Origin: Bacillota bacterium
Lineage (GTDB): Bacteria > Bacillota > DTU025
DNA: 64,000 bases
Assembly (NCBI GenBank): GCA_050951805.1
Contig: JBMNJT010000003.1
Span: forward strand, 64,001-128,000
Direction: 5' to 3'
Shown here: positions 9,364 to 20,586 of the stretch, in pieces
Layout of the letters: each line of letters begins with the position of its first letter
Position numbering within the stretch: position 1 is the stretch's first letter
Program-made: the position numbers and the translations under genes
The notes under the pieces: generated by a model
Databases searched by the model: none
What the model saw: only the letters and a program-made list of their open reading frames with translations
What the model was told of the DNA's origin: nothing

Positions 9364-10168
9364 GTCGCCTATCTAACGCCTATAGGCGCTACCCAAGTCA
9401 GTTGTTGGCTGGCGCGCAAGGCATTGGTTTGATCTGCATGTGCCATGTTAGCGTCGCAGCGTCAAATCAGAGAATATTGGGGGCGGGTATGCTTGCCTTG
9501 TGAGGCACGTCCCCGACTGTATGTTTAAGCAAGCCTCGTTCATCCGGAGACAATGCTAAGTAGGTCTCGATACATTTCTGTGCGATGTGTTACCTGCGGT
9601 TCAAACCTGGACCGTTTGATCTGGACACGATGCTGCTTGTGATTGCTCAGGTATGTCCAAAAAAGCGTTTGAGTGTTCCCCGGGGCAGCTGAGGCCCTTG
9701 TGCCGGATAGCAATCGAGTTCAACAGTCGTGCAAACAGCGCCGAAAGGCTGGGCTGCCCTTTGAGACCCGGACAAGAAGTGTGTGGCGGGGGAGGAAGGG
9801 GGTGTCAACGGACTTGGCCAACTTCAAGTCACATTGCGATCGCAAGTGTTCAAGTCTTAGACACATCCCATTGATGCGAACCAGCGTATGGATATGGTCA
9901 CTCGCCAAAAGCGGTCCAACGCGTGTCAATAGGCTGTTCCCGAGCTAAGTATACGTGTGCAGGCAAAATCCAAGACCAAGCTGTGCCGATTACTTGACTT
10001 GTCTGAAGCACCGAGAAAGCCGCCTATCGGCAACAATTTTTCCAAAGCTACTTGGGCGTTGTCCTGAGGCAGGGATGGTGGGATTAGAATGGAAGGCTGA
10101 ACGTTCAGATGGGCCCGACGGGATCATGTGCTAGGCGAATAATTTGGAATACTGGGCTTTTGGCTATC

Positions 10169-10197
10169 TTGACAGCAGACGTCGGAAGACATATGCT
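10169..10197 (+). promoter_or_regulatory. Sigma-70/SigA promoter of T-box-cysE-cysK
   Basis: TTGACA-17 bp-TATGCT immediately before the T-box leader. Confidence 0.8.
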
Positions 10198-10209
10198 ATA
10201 TCCCAAACA

Positions 10210-10533
10210 GCAAAGATGCAAGCGGCTATGAGAGGGAGGTCGGGGGCGGACTGCCCAGAGAGAGGGAACGTCACCGGGTGCAAGCGTTCCCGGGCAAGCG
10301 CTTCTTGAGTGCGCCCTTGAGCCTGGCGCTGAAACTGTCTGCAGGCAGCGGGTGGGAGTAGGTGGCCACGGGTGCGCCCGTTATCGCGTGTTCCCCATTT
10401 CGAGCAAGGCTCTGCCTGCCAAAGTGGGGAGCCTGAGCTGCGGTTGGCCGAGCGCGCATTGTCGGATATCGGCCATCCGTGAGCAGAGTGGAACCACGGA
10501 CAGATGAGCCGTCTCTGTAAAGAGGCGGTTTTT
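10210..10533 (+). ncRNA. Cysteine-specific T-box riboswitch with terminator
   Basis: AG box (CAGAGAGAGGG), GNUG box (GGGTGCAAG), putative specifier TGC at 10310-10312, T-box CAGAGTGGAACCACGG at about 10484-10499, and terminator GCCGTCTCT-gtaa-AGAGGCGGT-TTTT. Precedes cysE. Confidence 0.92.
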
Positions 10534-10616
10534 GTGTTATATAGGCCTTTTCTTGGTATGGTCGGCTCTGCAGACTCGTTGCTGTTTAACACATTACGGC
10601 ACAGCCGAGGAGTTGC

Positions 10617-11357
10617 ATGAAAATGCTGAAGGATATTGGTTCATACATCGATGCTGCTATGGCGCGTGATCCGGCGGCCAGAAACAGGTTGGAAGTGTTG
10701 CTTTTGTACCCGGGCATTCACGCTTTGATATGGCATAAGTTGAGCCATTGGCTATACGTGAACAAGGCATTCGGGCTTGCCAGGCTCACTTCACAGCTGG
10801 TTCGCTTCTTTACGGGGATCGAGATACACCCGGGAGCGACCATAGGCCGAGGTGTCTTTATCGACCACGGCATGGGGGTGGTCATCGGAGAGACTGCTGA
10901 GGTCGGAGATGACGTCACCATCTACCAGGGCGTTACATTAGGAGGTACCGGGAAGGAGACCGGAAAGCGCCACCCCACTTTGGAAGAAGGGGTAGTTGTG
11001 TCGGCAGGCGCTATAGTGCTTGGTTCGATAACAGTGGGGAGCAATTCGAAGATCGGTGCTGGCGCTGTCGTTATTCGTAATGTTCCACCAGATTCGACGG
11101 TAGTTGGCGTTCCAGGCCGTGTTGTTGCAAGAGCAGGCGTGAGGGTTCGCGAGGCCGATCTCGATCATGGCGATTTGCCAGACCCCATAGGACGCGCTCT
11201 CGACCTCATGGCGCTCAGGGTGGAAAGGTTGGAGGCAGAGCTTGAGACGTTGCGCAGAATTAGCCGTTCTGGGCAGGCCGTGGGATACGGAGGGGCTCCA
11301 TGTGAGCCGCTGCCTGAATCGGAAGAGGAGGAAGAGGCAATTGAGTATTGCATCTGA
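10617..11357 (+). CDS. cysE: Serine O-acetyltransferase
   Basis: [28 protein letters not shown] and KRHPT hexapeptide-repeat motifs. Confidence 0.96.
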   Translation: MKMLKDIGSYIDAAMARDPAARNRLEVLLLYPGIHALIWHKLSHWLYVNKAFGLARLTSQLVRFFTGIEIHPGATIGRGVFIDHGMGVVIGETAEVGDDVTIYQGVTLGGTGKETGKRHPTLEEGVVVSAGAIVLGSITVGSNSKIGAGAVVIRNVPPDSTVVGVPGRVVARAGVRVREADLDHGDLPDPIGRALDLMALRVERLEAELETLRRISRSGQAVGYGGAPCEPLPESEEEEEAIEYCI

Positions 11358-12267
11358 TGTGACCGGATTGATCGGCCACACGCCCATGGTGCGGCTTAGC
11401 CGGTTTGGCGGGGGCGGTCGGGGCGAGATTATTGCTAAGGTAGAATCGGCCAACCCCGGAGGGAGCGTGAAAGACAGGGCTGCACTTTACATGGTAGATG
11501 CTGCGGAGCGTGCAGGCGTTCTGGCGCCGGGAGGCACAATAATCGAGCCGACGTCTGGTAATACGGGGGTGGGGCTTGCCATGATTGCTGCGGCCAGAGG
11601 CTACAGAATAGTCCTTGTTATGCCCGATTCTATGAGCATTGAAAGGCAGAAGCTTCTTGCTGCATACGGGGCGGAGCTTGTGCTGACCCCAGGCTCACAT
11701 GGCATGGCGGGCGCTGTGGCCAGGGCTCGCGAATTGGCGGCCGAACACTCCGACTGGTTTATGCCGCTGCAATTTGAAAATCCCGAAAACTGCCGGGCTC
11801 ATGAGGAAACAACGGCCCGAGAGATACTTGCAGACGTCGAAGGTCGGCTAGACGCATTCGTTGCCGGAATTGGAACCGGCGGAACTGTGACCGGTGTGGG
11901 GCGGGCATTAAAACGTGAAATCCCGTCAGTACTCGTGGTGGGAGTTGAGCCGCAGGAGTCAGCTGTTATATCCGGCGGCGAGCCCGGCCTCCACGGCATA
12001 CAGGGCATTGGAGCGGGTTTTGTTCCCAGCGTGCTGGAGATGTCGATCCTCGATGAAGTAATCTCGGTTAGCTCTGATGATGCCTATCGCGCGACTCGGG
12101 CACTTGCGGCCTGCGAAGGGTTGTTAGTCGGCATATCCTCTGGAGCTGTTGCCGTGGCCGCGCTTGAGGTAGCGCGCAGACTGGGAGAGGCGAGCCGGGT
12201 TGTTGTCCTATTCCCTGACACTGGCGAGCGGTACCTGAGTGTTCCCGGATTATGGCGAGTTGGATGA
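11341..12267 (+). CDS. cysK: Cysteine synthase A
   Basis: NPGGSVKDR (PLP lysine), EPTSGNTG and HGIQGIG; TTG start at 11341 overlaps cysE. Confidence 0.95.
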   Translation: MSIASDVTGLIGHTPMVRLSRFGGGGRGEIIAKVESANPGGSVKDRAALYMVDAAERAGVLAPGGTIIEPTSGNTGVGLAMIAAARGYRIVLVMPDSMSIERQKLLAAYGAELVLTPGSHGMAGAVARARELAAEHSDWFMPLQFENPENCRAHEETTAREILADVEGRLDAFVAGIGTGGTVTGVGRALKREIPSVLVVGVEPQESAVISGGEPGLHGIQGIGAGFVPSVLEMSILDEVISVSSDDAYRATRALAACEGLLVGISSGAVAVAALEVARRLGEASRVVVLFPDTGERYLSVPGLWRVG

Positions 12268-12581
12268 GCTAGCCGGTTCTGAATGCGAGACCTTTGGGAT
12301 CTGTTGTTTAGGAGAGGTTGAGCAAACAAGGCAGTCAAGCCGTGCTTTTCGCACCGCTTGGCCCATAGACCAAGGTGGACAATGACGCGATTGCCGGAGG
12401 AATTCAATGCCTCCTAATCGCCACTTGAAGGAGAATCATGTTCTGCGGGGAAATTTAGATAGGCCCGATTTCGATGCCCGGTTGTGGGGACGAACAGGTT
12501 CGGTGTCCGAAAAGAACTGCTGTGCCCGCTCAGTCTGGAGATGGGGGTAGGCAGCGGATAGCGGCCGAGGAGGAGACAACA

Positions 12582-13514
12582 GTGAACAGGCGCACGAATG
12601 ATGATGGCAGCAGCGCCCTCCAGAAGGGCTTTGATGCTATTGCCCGGCAGAACTGGTTTGAAGCAGAAGAGGTTTTTGCAGACTTCGTGGATTCCGAAGA
12701 TGCTAGCGTTGAAGCATGGTTGGGCTGGGCCATTGTCCAGCAGAGCATGGGATTTAGGGACGAAGCCGCATCTGCAGTCAGGCAGGCGTTGGCTGTCCTT
12801 GCCGATGACGAGCTGGAAATACAGGTGCTGGGAGAATTGTATTCCAGCATCGGCCTGGAACAAGATGCGCTCCCATTTTTGCTCAGGGCCGCGGACGCCG
12901 CCTCCGGCGATCTGGATGAGCTGGAGCGCATTGCCGGTTTGATGCTGAAGATCGGCTATGTGAGATGGGGAGTTGACATAGCCGAGCGTGTTCTGGCGGT
13001 TGACCCTGAAAGACCGGAGGCTTGGCTTATTATCGGCCTTAGCCGGTTCATCGATTCCCGCTGGGATGAGGCTGTTAAGGCTTTCGAGGAGAGCCTCGTG
13101 AGAAATCCCACCCATCCCATGACCCACCTCTCCCTCGGTGCGGCAAGGCTGGAACAGAACCTTTTGGAGCAGGCTTTGGAACATTTCGATTTCGTCATAG
13201 CCCTGCCGAGGAATGCCGACGAAGACTTGAGGTACGCATGTTCAGCCATGATCAGGCGTGCTAGAGTCCTGCTATTGATGGGCCGCAGAGCGGAAGCTGT
13301 TGATACTATTTCCGAGGCCGCGGAGATTGCAGGGGACAGTCCTACTGACTTATTCGACATAGGCCTTTTCTACTTGGATGACATGGGCTCTGCCAATGAG
13401 GCTTTGCCGTTCCTTCGCAAAGCTGCAGCCCTTGATCCATATGATTCATTCAAGCAGGCTACCCTTGCCCATGCGCAGCTGGAAGCGGGCGAGGGTGTTG
13501 ACAGCCCCAGATAG
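12582..13514 (+). CDS. Tetratricopeptide-repeat protein
   Basis: Repeated AW..LG..., A...F..AL...P helical pairs; GTG start after AGGAGG. Confidence 0.75.
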   Translation: MNRRTNDDGSSALQKGFDAIARQNWFEAEEVFADFVDSEDASVEAWLGWAIVQQSMGFRDEAASAVRQALAVLADDELEIQVLGELYSSIGLEQDALPFLLRAADAASGDLDELERIAGLMLKIGYVRWGVDIAERVLAVDPERPEAWLIIGLSRFIDSRWDEAVKAFEESLVRNPTHPMTHLSLGAARLEQNLLEQALEHFDFVIALPRNADEDLRYACSAMIRRARVLLLMGRRAEAVDTISEAAEIAGDSPTDLFDIGLFYLDDMGSANEALPFLRKAAALDPYDSFKQATLAHAQLEAGEGVDSPR

Positions 13515-13542
13515 GCATTTGCCGTTCCAATGTCCGCAGACA

Positions 13543-14454
13543 TTATCGGTTCGCATGGGTTAGGAGAACGATCCGTCCTTCCTCGTCGAACTCTCCGCCT
13601 GTGATGCGTATGCAATCTTCATTCCATATCTCTTCCAGCTCGAGATCTTCACCCTCGTGCACGACGAGTCCGGATACTTCGGCGGGAATATAGCCTTCCG
13701 CTGTGGCCCGAAGGCTGTAATTGCCTGGCATGATGGCTCTGATCTTGAACTTGCCGGGCTCGTCATCACCATCATCCGTCGCTGTCCAAGTGGCTAAGGT
13801 TGCGCGAACGACGAATCCAGCTTCATCAAACAACTCTACAACAACTGGCCTGTCGATGATCGGTCGCCACGACCTCGCCTTCGATTTCTCCGACGTCGAG
13901 CTTGTCTACGGCTTCAATTTCATCAGGATCTAGCACGTAACCGTTGCTGAGTTCGTTTGGCTGAAGAACTTTGGCGAGGTCAAAATCGATAAGAATCTCG
14001 GTTACCCTGCTGTTGCAAACCTCAAATGGATACTCGATTTCTATGGCTTGTTCGTCATCATCCTCATCAAGCTCTTCTGCTTCACCGACGACAAGGGGAT
14101 ATGCAAAATCCTCTCCTCGAAGCTTCACATAGCCTTCGGCATCCAGCAATAGGCAAATTTCTTCGTAAATGCCAGCCGGAATAGATGCGGTCATCACGAA
14201 CTCGTTGATCCTCAGATCGAGCAGATTGACTCTGACGGGATCGGGAAATTCTGCTACTATAATCTGGTCCGAGGAATTGAAAGGCTTCACGAAGACCTTT
14301 TTGATTCCGATGTTCACGTCTTCGCAAGTGTCTATGGGAGCGTCTGCAAGGCAGATAGCCAGGGTGTATTTGCCAGTCTGCATCCTGGGAGCAATGCCAG
14401 GCAACCGCAGACAATTGTGAGTAGCAACATAGCCGCAATCGAGTGTTGTTTCAA
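13543..14454 (-). pseudogene. DUF4382-domain lipoprotein with C-terminal carboxypeptidase-regulatory-like domain, two frameshifts
   Basis: AAGGAGG plus TTG(14454) gives MKQHSIAAMLLLTIVCGCLALLPG-C (lipobox). The frame shifts near 14365 into LADAP...VNLLDL...PAGIY...IDFDL, then again near 13865 into PVVVELFD...PGNYSLRATAEGY. Confidence 0.75.
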
Positions 14455-14954
14455 TCGAAACGCCTCCTTGATCAGCATGATACCTGCCCATTGTTTAATG
14501 CGAAGGGAAGAGGATCGCTGATTTTGCTGTTGCCGCGTTGGCAGGTGGCTTAGGGCATGATGCAGAATTCGTCCTGAGGGATGGATGAACGTGAGGGCTT
14601 TTGCGTATCAAGTTGCCGCTTTCAGGTTTGGCAGGCATAACTTATCGATCCGCTGACATGGTTGGATTGCTCCAGTCCCTCTTTGGCGGTGGCCCGCCGG
14701 AACCTGGTCTTTCGTGCGGAAGGACGGGCGCATTCAGGTGAAATTAGCGCCCTTCGAGCCGCTCCCCCGCCCGGTTGGGGAAGGCAAAGGACGAGGCCCA
14801 GAATGTGGGCGGTTTTTTGAACATGGAATGTGATATTCTCTGAGAACAGAGGAAAGGTTCGAGATCCCTGGCCGTGGCAGGGAGCTCAAGCCCTGCTCGG
14901 CGCAGTCGGCCAGATTCATCTTATTCAGTGCCAGTTGATGTGGAGTGTGTTGCA

Positions 14955-16004
14955 TTGAGCAGAACCAGGATTTATGAATTAGACGTATTTCGCGCAATCT
15001 GCACCATAACTGTGCTCTTAGGGCATGTCTCATCGTACCCGGTTGGCGTTTTGAGCACGGAATCCAGGTTTTATGGCCTTTATCTAGGCGTCAATTCCTT
15101 CTGTCGGTTTGCTATCCAAGCCTTCCTCTTTCTAAGCGCTGCGGTGCTTGTCCACAGCTATGCCGATAGATGGCAGGGGCCGGAGAGTGCGCTTGCGATG
15201 TGGCGAAAAAGGCTTATCGATCCTGGAATTCCTTACGTGGTCTGGTCTGTGATCTATACCTTGCTGGCTATTCGGCGAGGGCGGCACATAGACTTTCCTA
15301 CCTTCCTTCGCCTCTTGGCCACGGGAAAGGCCTGGGACCATCTGTATTTCATCGTTTTGATATTCCAGTTCTACTTGCTCTTCCCCCTGTTGTTGAGGGC
15401 TTTGCGATCTTTGAGCTGCAGGCCCGTTTTATGGCTAGGCATCGGGGCGCTTATTCAGGCCGGGTTCCACATGTGGGATCAACGGGTATTTGCCATACCC
15501 AACAGGGCGAGTTGGGCGGTGAGGTTTGGATTCTACTTGTTCGCCGGGATGCTTGCGGGTCTCGATTTCGACGTCCTGCAGGATTGGACGAGGCGAAATA
15601 GGTGGGCAATTGCGGCAGTGTGGGCGGTGAGCGCCGTGCTCAACTGTTCGGTCAGTGCAGCCATACGCCTGGGGACTCCCCATCGTCTGTCGGGATATGC
15701 TGAGCTGATTGTGAACGTGTATGCCGTTGCCAGCTGCCTCTTCTTCCTGGCGGTGTCGCAATGGGTGACGGCGTTAAACGGGTGGCCTATGCGCGCGGCG
15801 ATGGGTATCAGCAATGCGTCGTTCGGGATTTATCTCTCGCATCCATTGGGATTGGCCATGTGGAGGCGTCTGACTGCCACTGGCAACCCCATATTCTTCC
15901 ACCTGTCGGTATGGGCCGGGGCAGTGGTTGTTTTGGCGCTGTCGTGGGCTGCTACCCTCTGGCTCAAGCGGTTCAAGTTCGGCTGGACGCTGGTGGGCAA
16001 GTAG
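14955..16004 (+). CDS. Acyltransferase family 3 membrane protein
   Basis: RIYELDVFRA...H, FLFLS, HLYF...QFYL and SFGIYLSH; about 10 TM segments. Start approximate. Confidence 0.88.
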   Translation: MSRTRIYELDVFRAICTITVLLGHVSSYPVGVLSTESRFYGLYLGVNSFCRFAIQAFLFLSAAVLVHSYADRWQGPESALAMWRKRLIDPGIPYVVWSVIYTLLAIRRGRHIDFPTFLRLLATGKAWDHLYFIVLIFQFYLLFPLLLRALRSLSCRPVLWLGIGALIQAGFHMWDQRVFAIPNRASWAVRFGFYLFAGMLAGLDFDVLQDWTRRNRWAIAAVWAVSAVLNCSVSAAIRLGTPHRLSGYAELIVNVYAVASCLFFLAVSQWVTALNGWPMRAAMGISNASFGIYLSHPLGLAMWRRLTATGNPIFFHLSVWAGAVVVLALSWAATLWLKRFKFGWTLVGK

Positions 16005-16071
16005 GGGCACTGCCCCTAGAGGGTTTGGTATATGACCTTCTTGGCCAGCTCAGAGTCTGCAATCAGTCTGC

Positions 16072-17403
16072 CTAGCCAGACTTGGAACCGAGTTTGTGGC
16101 CTTGCCCTGTCAGAGAGAGAAGCCGGATGCATATGATTAGCCACATCGCTCCTGCGACGACGCCGGCAGCTGCCTCTGATGGCCACTGAAAGCCCATGTA
16201 GATTCCGGAAAAGCAGATCAAGGCTATGATCACGCCGGCTGCTACCCTAATGGCCCGCCGCCGGGCTCGTGATCGGGTGCGGCTGCCCAGCATGTGGGTT
16301 GCCATACCGTAGAAGGGCAGCGCTACGGGGATGGGCTGAGCGGCGAAGCTGCGGGACAGGATATCGGGAACCGGAAGCGCAAGCTCTGGTCCTGGAAGGC
16401 TGTACGCCCAGCGGGTGAGAACTGCTAAGCCCAGCCCGCCAATGACGCAGATGGCAAGGGTGGCGGCTCGTGCGCGCCTGTGGCGAAAAAGGTTGTAGGT
16501 TACTGCCAGAGCCAGGCAGGCAAAGACGAAGGGATACGATCCGAGAGTGGCGGTGAATGTGAGCGTTGTGCTGAGAAATGGGTTTCGAATGGCGCGGATC
16601 CATGTCATAATGCCCATATCTATCTGCCGCAAGAATGGTGCGTGGTCAGGCTGTGCGAGTTCGACGAGCTCTTCGAAGAATATGAGCAGGAAGACGAATC
16701 CCGCAATGGCATATATCCCCCACTCAGCCCAGAACCTCTTGCCCGACAAACCGGGGCTGGCAGCGGACTTGGGCAGACGTATCCGCCAATAAGGTTTTGT
16801 CCCGGAACCCCTCTTGTCGCTGAAAATGGGCGCTTGGACGGAAGACTTCCTGTTCCATACTATGGCTGCGACGGCCACGACCAGGCCGACCATGAGGGTG
16901 ATCAATTCGAACTGTGTTCCGATAATATCCCTTACTTGTTCGCCAAGCTTCAAGACTAGCGCCGCTTCGAGGAAGAACCGGGCGCCGCGGCCGAGGGTTG
17001 AAGCTATGAGAAAGGGCGCGAGTCGCACCTGAAAGATGCCGGAGGCTATGGTGAACACCTTGAAGGGTATCGGGGTGAAGGCGGCTATCCCCACTGCCCA
17101 GCCGCCGAATCTTTTAAATAGTCCTTGAATTTTGCTAAGGCCGTCTTGGCTTGTGAACTTGAGCAGCAGTGGCCGTCCGCCGCGCGCTCCAACAAGATAT
17201 GCAAATACGGCGCCCAGCACCGATGAGACTGTGGCAACAGTCGCATACAACATCGAAGCTCGAGGGCGCGCCAGGCATAGCGGAATGAGCATTACATCAG
17301 GGGGGACAGGAAAGAAGCTCGATTCCGCGAATGAGACCACAAAAAGTCCCACTAATCCGTACTGCCCAAAAATCGCTATTGTCCAGTCAATGACCTTTGC
17401 CAT
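16072..17403 (-). CDS. YqaA/DedA (VTT) domain fused to degenerate PAP2-like domain
   Basis: ESSFFPVPPD, TPIPFKVFTIASG and GRGARF in the N-terminal half. The C-terminal half aligns by eye with PAP2 but its motifs are altered. Confidence 0.85.
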   Translation of the reverse strand: MAKVIDWTIAIFGQYGLVGLFVVSFAESSFFPVPPDVMLIPLCLARPRASMLYATVATVSSVLGAVFAYLVGARGGRPLLLKFTSQDGLSKIQGLFKRFGGWAVGIAAFTPIPFKVFTIASGIFQVRLAPFLIASTLGRGARFFLEAALVLKLGEQVRDIIGTQFELITLMVGLVVAVAAIVWNRKSSVQAPIFSDKRGSGTKPYWRIRLPKSAASPGLSGKRFWAEWGIYAIAGFVFLLIFFEELVELAQPDHAPFLRQIDMGIMTWIRAIRNPFLSTTLTFTATLGSYPFVFACLALAVTYNLFRHRRARAATLAICVIGGLGLAVLTRWAYSLPGPELALPVPDILSRSFAAQPIPVALPFYGMATHMLGSRTRSRARRRAIRVAAGVIIALICFSGIYMGFQWPSEAAAGVVAGAMWLIICIRLLSLTGQGHKLGSKSG

Positions 17404-17459
17404 AGTTCAACCCACCAATGTGTTCTTTCCTCTCAGCACAGGCCTTTGTAACTTGTCCA

Positions 17460-18332
17460 CTATTCGAATTCTGAGCCTGTTTCCAGCTCCACGCCTGGCG
17501 TGTATTGCACGAGGTCCGCTGTGGTCCGGGCTTTCCGATCCTCGAACCTTACAATCTGATGGGGATGGGGAACCGCAATCCAGACCGTGCGTCCAGTGCC
17601 CATCAGGTCAACCTTCCATGTTTCGAACGAACCGGCGGGAACCTCCAATTTCTCCTTCTTCGCGACGTTCAGCGTTATCGTGGTTTTCATCGCTGCCCTG
17701 GTGATCACATCCTTCAAGGTGGCCTTGAAGTTGCGCTTCAGGGGAAGGGCGCGTATGACCATTATGAACTGTTCATTGTCGAAGTACGGGGTGTCGGGCA
17801 ATTCTACAATGGACTCCTCGTTCTGGCCTGGAACCGATGCTTCTATAGATACACCATCTTCGCCATACAAAGCAGCATAGACAATGCGGCCATGGTCGGA
17901 TTCGTACGTCAATTCGGTTCTGATGGGAACGAGCGTATCAGGATCTGCGGCCACCATTGCATGCTCGCTATAGGTGGATCCATGCTGATCCGAAGTGAAC
18001 AGGGTAGCTTTGCCGTCTGAATCTATTCTCAGTTCCCACGGGGCTATGAGCTGGCCATGGGAATCGCGAATCTCAAGCACACTCACTTCTCCGGGTTGCC
18101 AGGGTGGAGTGATCACTACTCGTCCGCGCGGGTCGCCCCTGGTATATGTGATCATTGCTACCATGATTGCTGCAAGCACCAAGATGGTGTACAGGGGCGA
18201 TCTGGGCTTTGCAGCCCTTTTTAACCAGCTTGATCCCGTATCGTTGTCAGATGCATAGCTGTTTATTCCTCTTTGTTCTTCTGGAATCTGACCATAGTCG
18301 ACACGCCCCTGCGTGTCATATCCTTTCTCCAC
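17460..18332 (-). CDS. Membrane-anchored DUF3108-like protein
   Basis: Single TM helix, RALPL, EKLEVPAGSFETWKV and VWI motifs. Confidence 0.65.
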   Translation of the reverse strand: MEKGYDTQGRVDYGQIPEEQRGINSYASDNDTGSSWLKRAAKPRSPLYTILVLAAIMVAMITYTRGDPRGRVVITPPWQPGEVSVLEIRDSHGQLIAPWELRIDSDGKATLFTSDQHGSTYSEHAMVAADPDTLVPIRTELTYESDHGRIVYAALYGEDGVSIEASVPGQNEESIVELPDTPYFDNEQFIMVIRALPLKRNFKATLKDVITRAAMKTTITLNVAKKEKLEVPAGSFETWKVDLMGTGRTVWIAVPHPHQIVRFEDRKARTTADLVQYTPGVELETGSEFE

Positions 18333-19521
18333 CTAGTTCCACTCCTCTCGCTACTGAACAGACTGCATATGTGGTCCTGCACAATCAGATTCAATACTTC
18401 CTGAAATCCGATCTTTCCCTTGGCATTTAGGTGAAATACGATTCTCAAGGCCCATTAGTTGGGCTGCCCAAAGCGGGCAAACGCTTACCCCAATGATACC
18501 TTTATGAACGCCCATGCTCAATACCTAATGCATTTTGGGTTGCCGGGGCGTATGCGACGACTTATCAGTAGATGGGGGAAATATTACTCTCCAGCTGCCA
18601 CAGGCATGCTGAGGCGCAGCCAGAATCTGTGACATTGAGTGATGACGACTTGGACGCGATCTAGAAGCTTATTCTACGACAAATGGCTTGGAACCTTTCC
18701 GGCGAGCCTGTAAAAAGGCGGAATGAAATGCAAGAGCGAATGATTAGTTATGAGAGGCTTGTCTGCCTTGAAGGGGTGCCGAAGATTTGCGTCTAGGTAA
18801 CTCCCAATAAGGTTTTGCGCTACCGGTTAGCCTGCCATATGATGTCTGCTAGGAGTAGACACATCTTTGCACCTATGTCGCAGTGCGGTAATTGGTTCGC
18901 ATTTGTGCATCGACTGGCCTTAACCATAAACGCCCGCAGCACTCAGCCGCGCCGGGATATGCCCCCGGGGCAAAGCCAGGATGGGTGGCGTAATCGAAAT
19001 CCCGGTTCGACGCTCGCGGGCAACCATCTTTTTTACAACGACGAAAGCGACGCGCATACACTCCCGACCATGAGATCCGTGTGAGCGCTCCGACGGTTTA
19101 TGCATTTAACTCACTCATATGAAAGGGCGACTTGGGTCTGCCTTCAAGGAATGTGTCTATCTACGGCGCTCTAAGCAACCTCGAACTGAGCTTTGCCCTT
19201 CCCATCGGGTAACTTTTCCTGGGCGGTGCCCATACGAGAGCCGTTTGAAAGCGCTCAACTACCCTTTCAGAGCTACTTAGGATGCGATACTGGCGCCCAA
19301 GGCCGGAACAGTGCTATCGCTCGATTCTATATGAAGGTGTAATGCATTATGATGGAGAATACTGAGGACATCCGGGCCTTGCGGCCCAAAGACAGTCAAC
19401 TTTGGGCCGGACAATGCAGGCTTGCGCGGTTTACCGAGCAGTGTTGATGAAGGACATCGATATATCTCCTTGTACAGGAGTTTGGATAGAAACGGAACAA
19501 CGCGGGAGGTGCGATCAGGCT

Positions 19522-20586
19522 ATGGGAAAGCTTGAAGGCATTGAATCTATATATTACACGACAGACCGGGCGCAGTTTCATATCCTGATAAGAGGCGATT
19601 TCGATGCCGAGCCTATCGTGTTCGTTCATGGAAACACGGCATCGGCCACTTTTTGGGAAGAAGTGATGTTCGCGCTTCCGGACGATTACAGGAGCGTTGC
19701 ACCTGACATGAGGGGGTTTGGCCTCACTGAAGCTAAACCCGTAGACGCAACGAGAGGTGTCCGGGATTGGTCTGATGATCTATACGGCCTAACCTGGTCG
19801 CTCGGATTGAGAGAATTTCACCTTGTGGGCTGGTCATTAGGTGGAGGCATTGCCATGCAGTACTTGCTTGACCACCCGGGAAAGGTCATCACATTGACCC
19901 TTGTGGCCCCCATATCCCCTTACGGGTTTTCCGGAACGCGCGGGCCGGATGCGATTCCGTGCTGGCCTGACTATGCCGGTTCCGGCGGTGGAGGCGTCAA
20001 TCGGCAGTTCTTGGAGCTGATGAAAAGGAAAGTGAATGATGGAGGAGATGATCCGGCTTTACCCAGGAATATCCTGAACACCTGCTTCTGGAGGCCGGAA
20101 TTTCGCCCTGAACGAGAAGATGATTTCTTGGACGCCTTGCTTCAGACAGCCGTTGGCGACCACAATTACCCAGGCGATTTCGCCCCCTCGCCCAATTGGC
20201 CGGGATATGCCCCGGGAACTTGCGGCGTGCTCAATGCGATTTCACCGAAGTACTTCAGGGTTGATGGCATAGCCGATCTCGATGTGAAACCTCCCATACT
20301 ATGGGTGCGCGGTTCTGACGACCTGCTCATATCGGATGCCTCGCCATTTGATATAGGATACTTGGGCAGACTGGGATTAGTGCCAGGTTGGCCCGGTAAC
20401 GAGGTTTTTCCGCCTCAGCCAATGATAGAGCAGACCAGGGCCGTATTGGACCGGTATGCGAAGAATGGCGGATTTTTCCGGGAAGTTGTTTTCCAGGAAT
20501 GCGGTCATTCTCCCCACATCGAGAAGAAAGATGCTTTCGTCGCGGAACTGGTTGAACACATGAGATGGGCAACTACATACATCTAG
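19522..20586 (+). CDS. Alpha/beta fold hydrolase
   Basis: FVHGN, APDMRGFG, GWSLG nucleophile elbow, GSDD and GHSPH; RBS GGAGG before ATG 19522. Confidence 0.9.
   Translation: MGKLEGIESIYYTTDRAQFHILIRGDFDAEPIVFVHGNTASATFWEEVMFALPDDYRSVAPDMRGFGLTEAKPVDATRGVRDWSDDLYGLTWSLGLREFHLVGWSLGGGIAMQYLLDHPGKVITLTLVAPISPYGFSGTRGPDAIPCWPDYAGSGGGGVNRQFLELMKRKVNDGGDDPALPRNILNTCFWRPEFRPEREDDFLDALLQTAVGDHNYPGDFAPSPNWPGYAPGTCGVLNAISPKYFRVDGIADLDVKPPILWVRGSDDLLISDASPFDIGYLGRLGLVPGWPGNEVFPPQPMIEQTRAVLDRYAKNGGFFREVVFQECGHSPHIEKKDAFVAELVEHMRWATTYI

Noticed and set aside
9729-9760. c-di-GMP-I (GEMM)-like GCAAAC...GAAA...GG hairpin
   Set aside because: Lacks the following ACGCAAA and second stem, and no gene lies directly downstream.
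14500-14870. GC-rich possible structured RNA between DUF4382 and the acyltransferase
   Set aside because: No Rfam-type motif (6S, SRP, riboswitch) could be recognised by eye.
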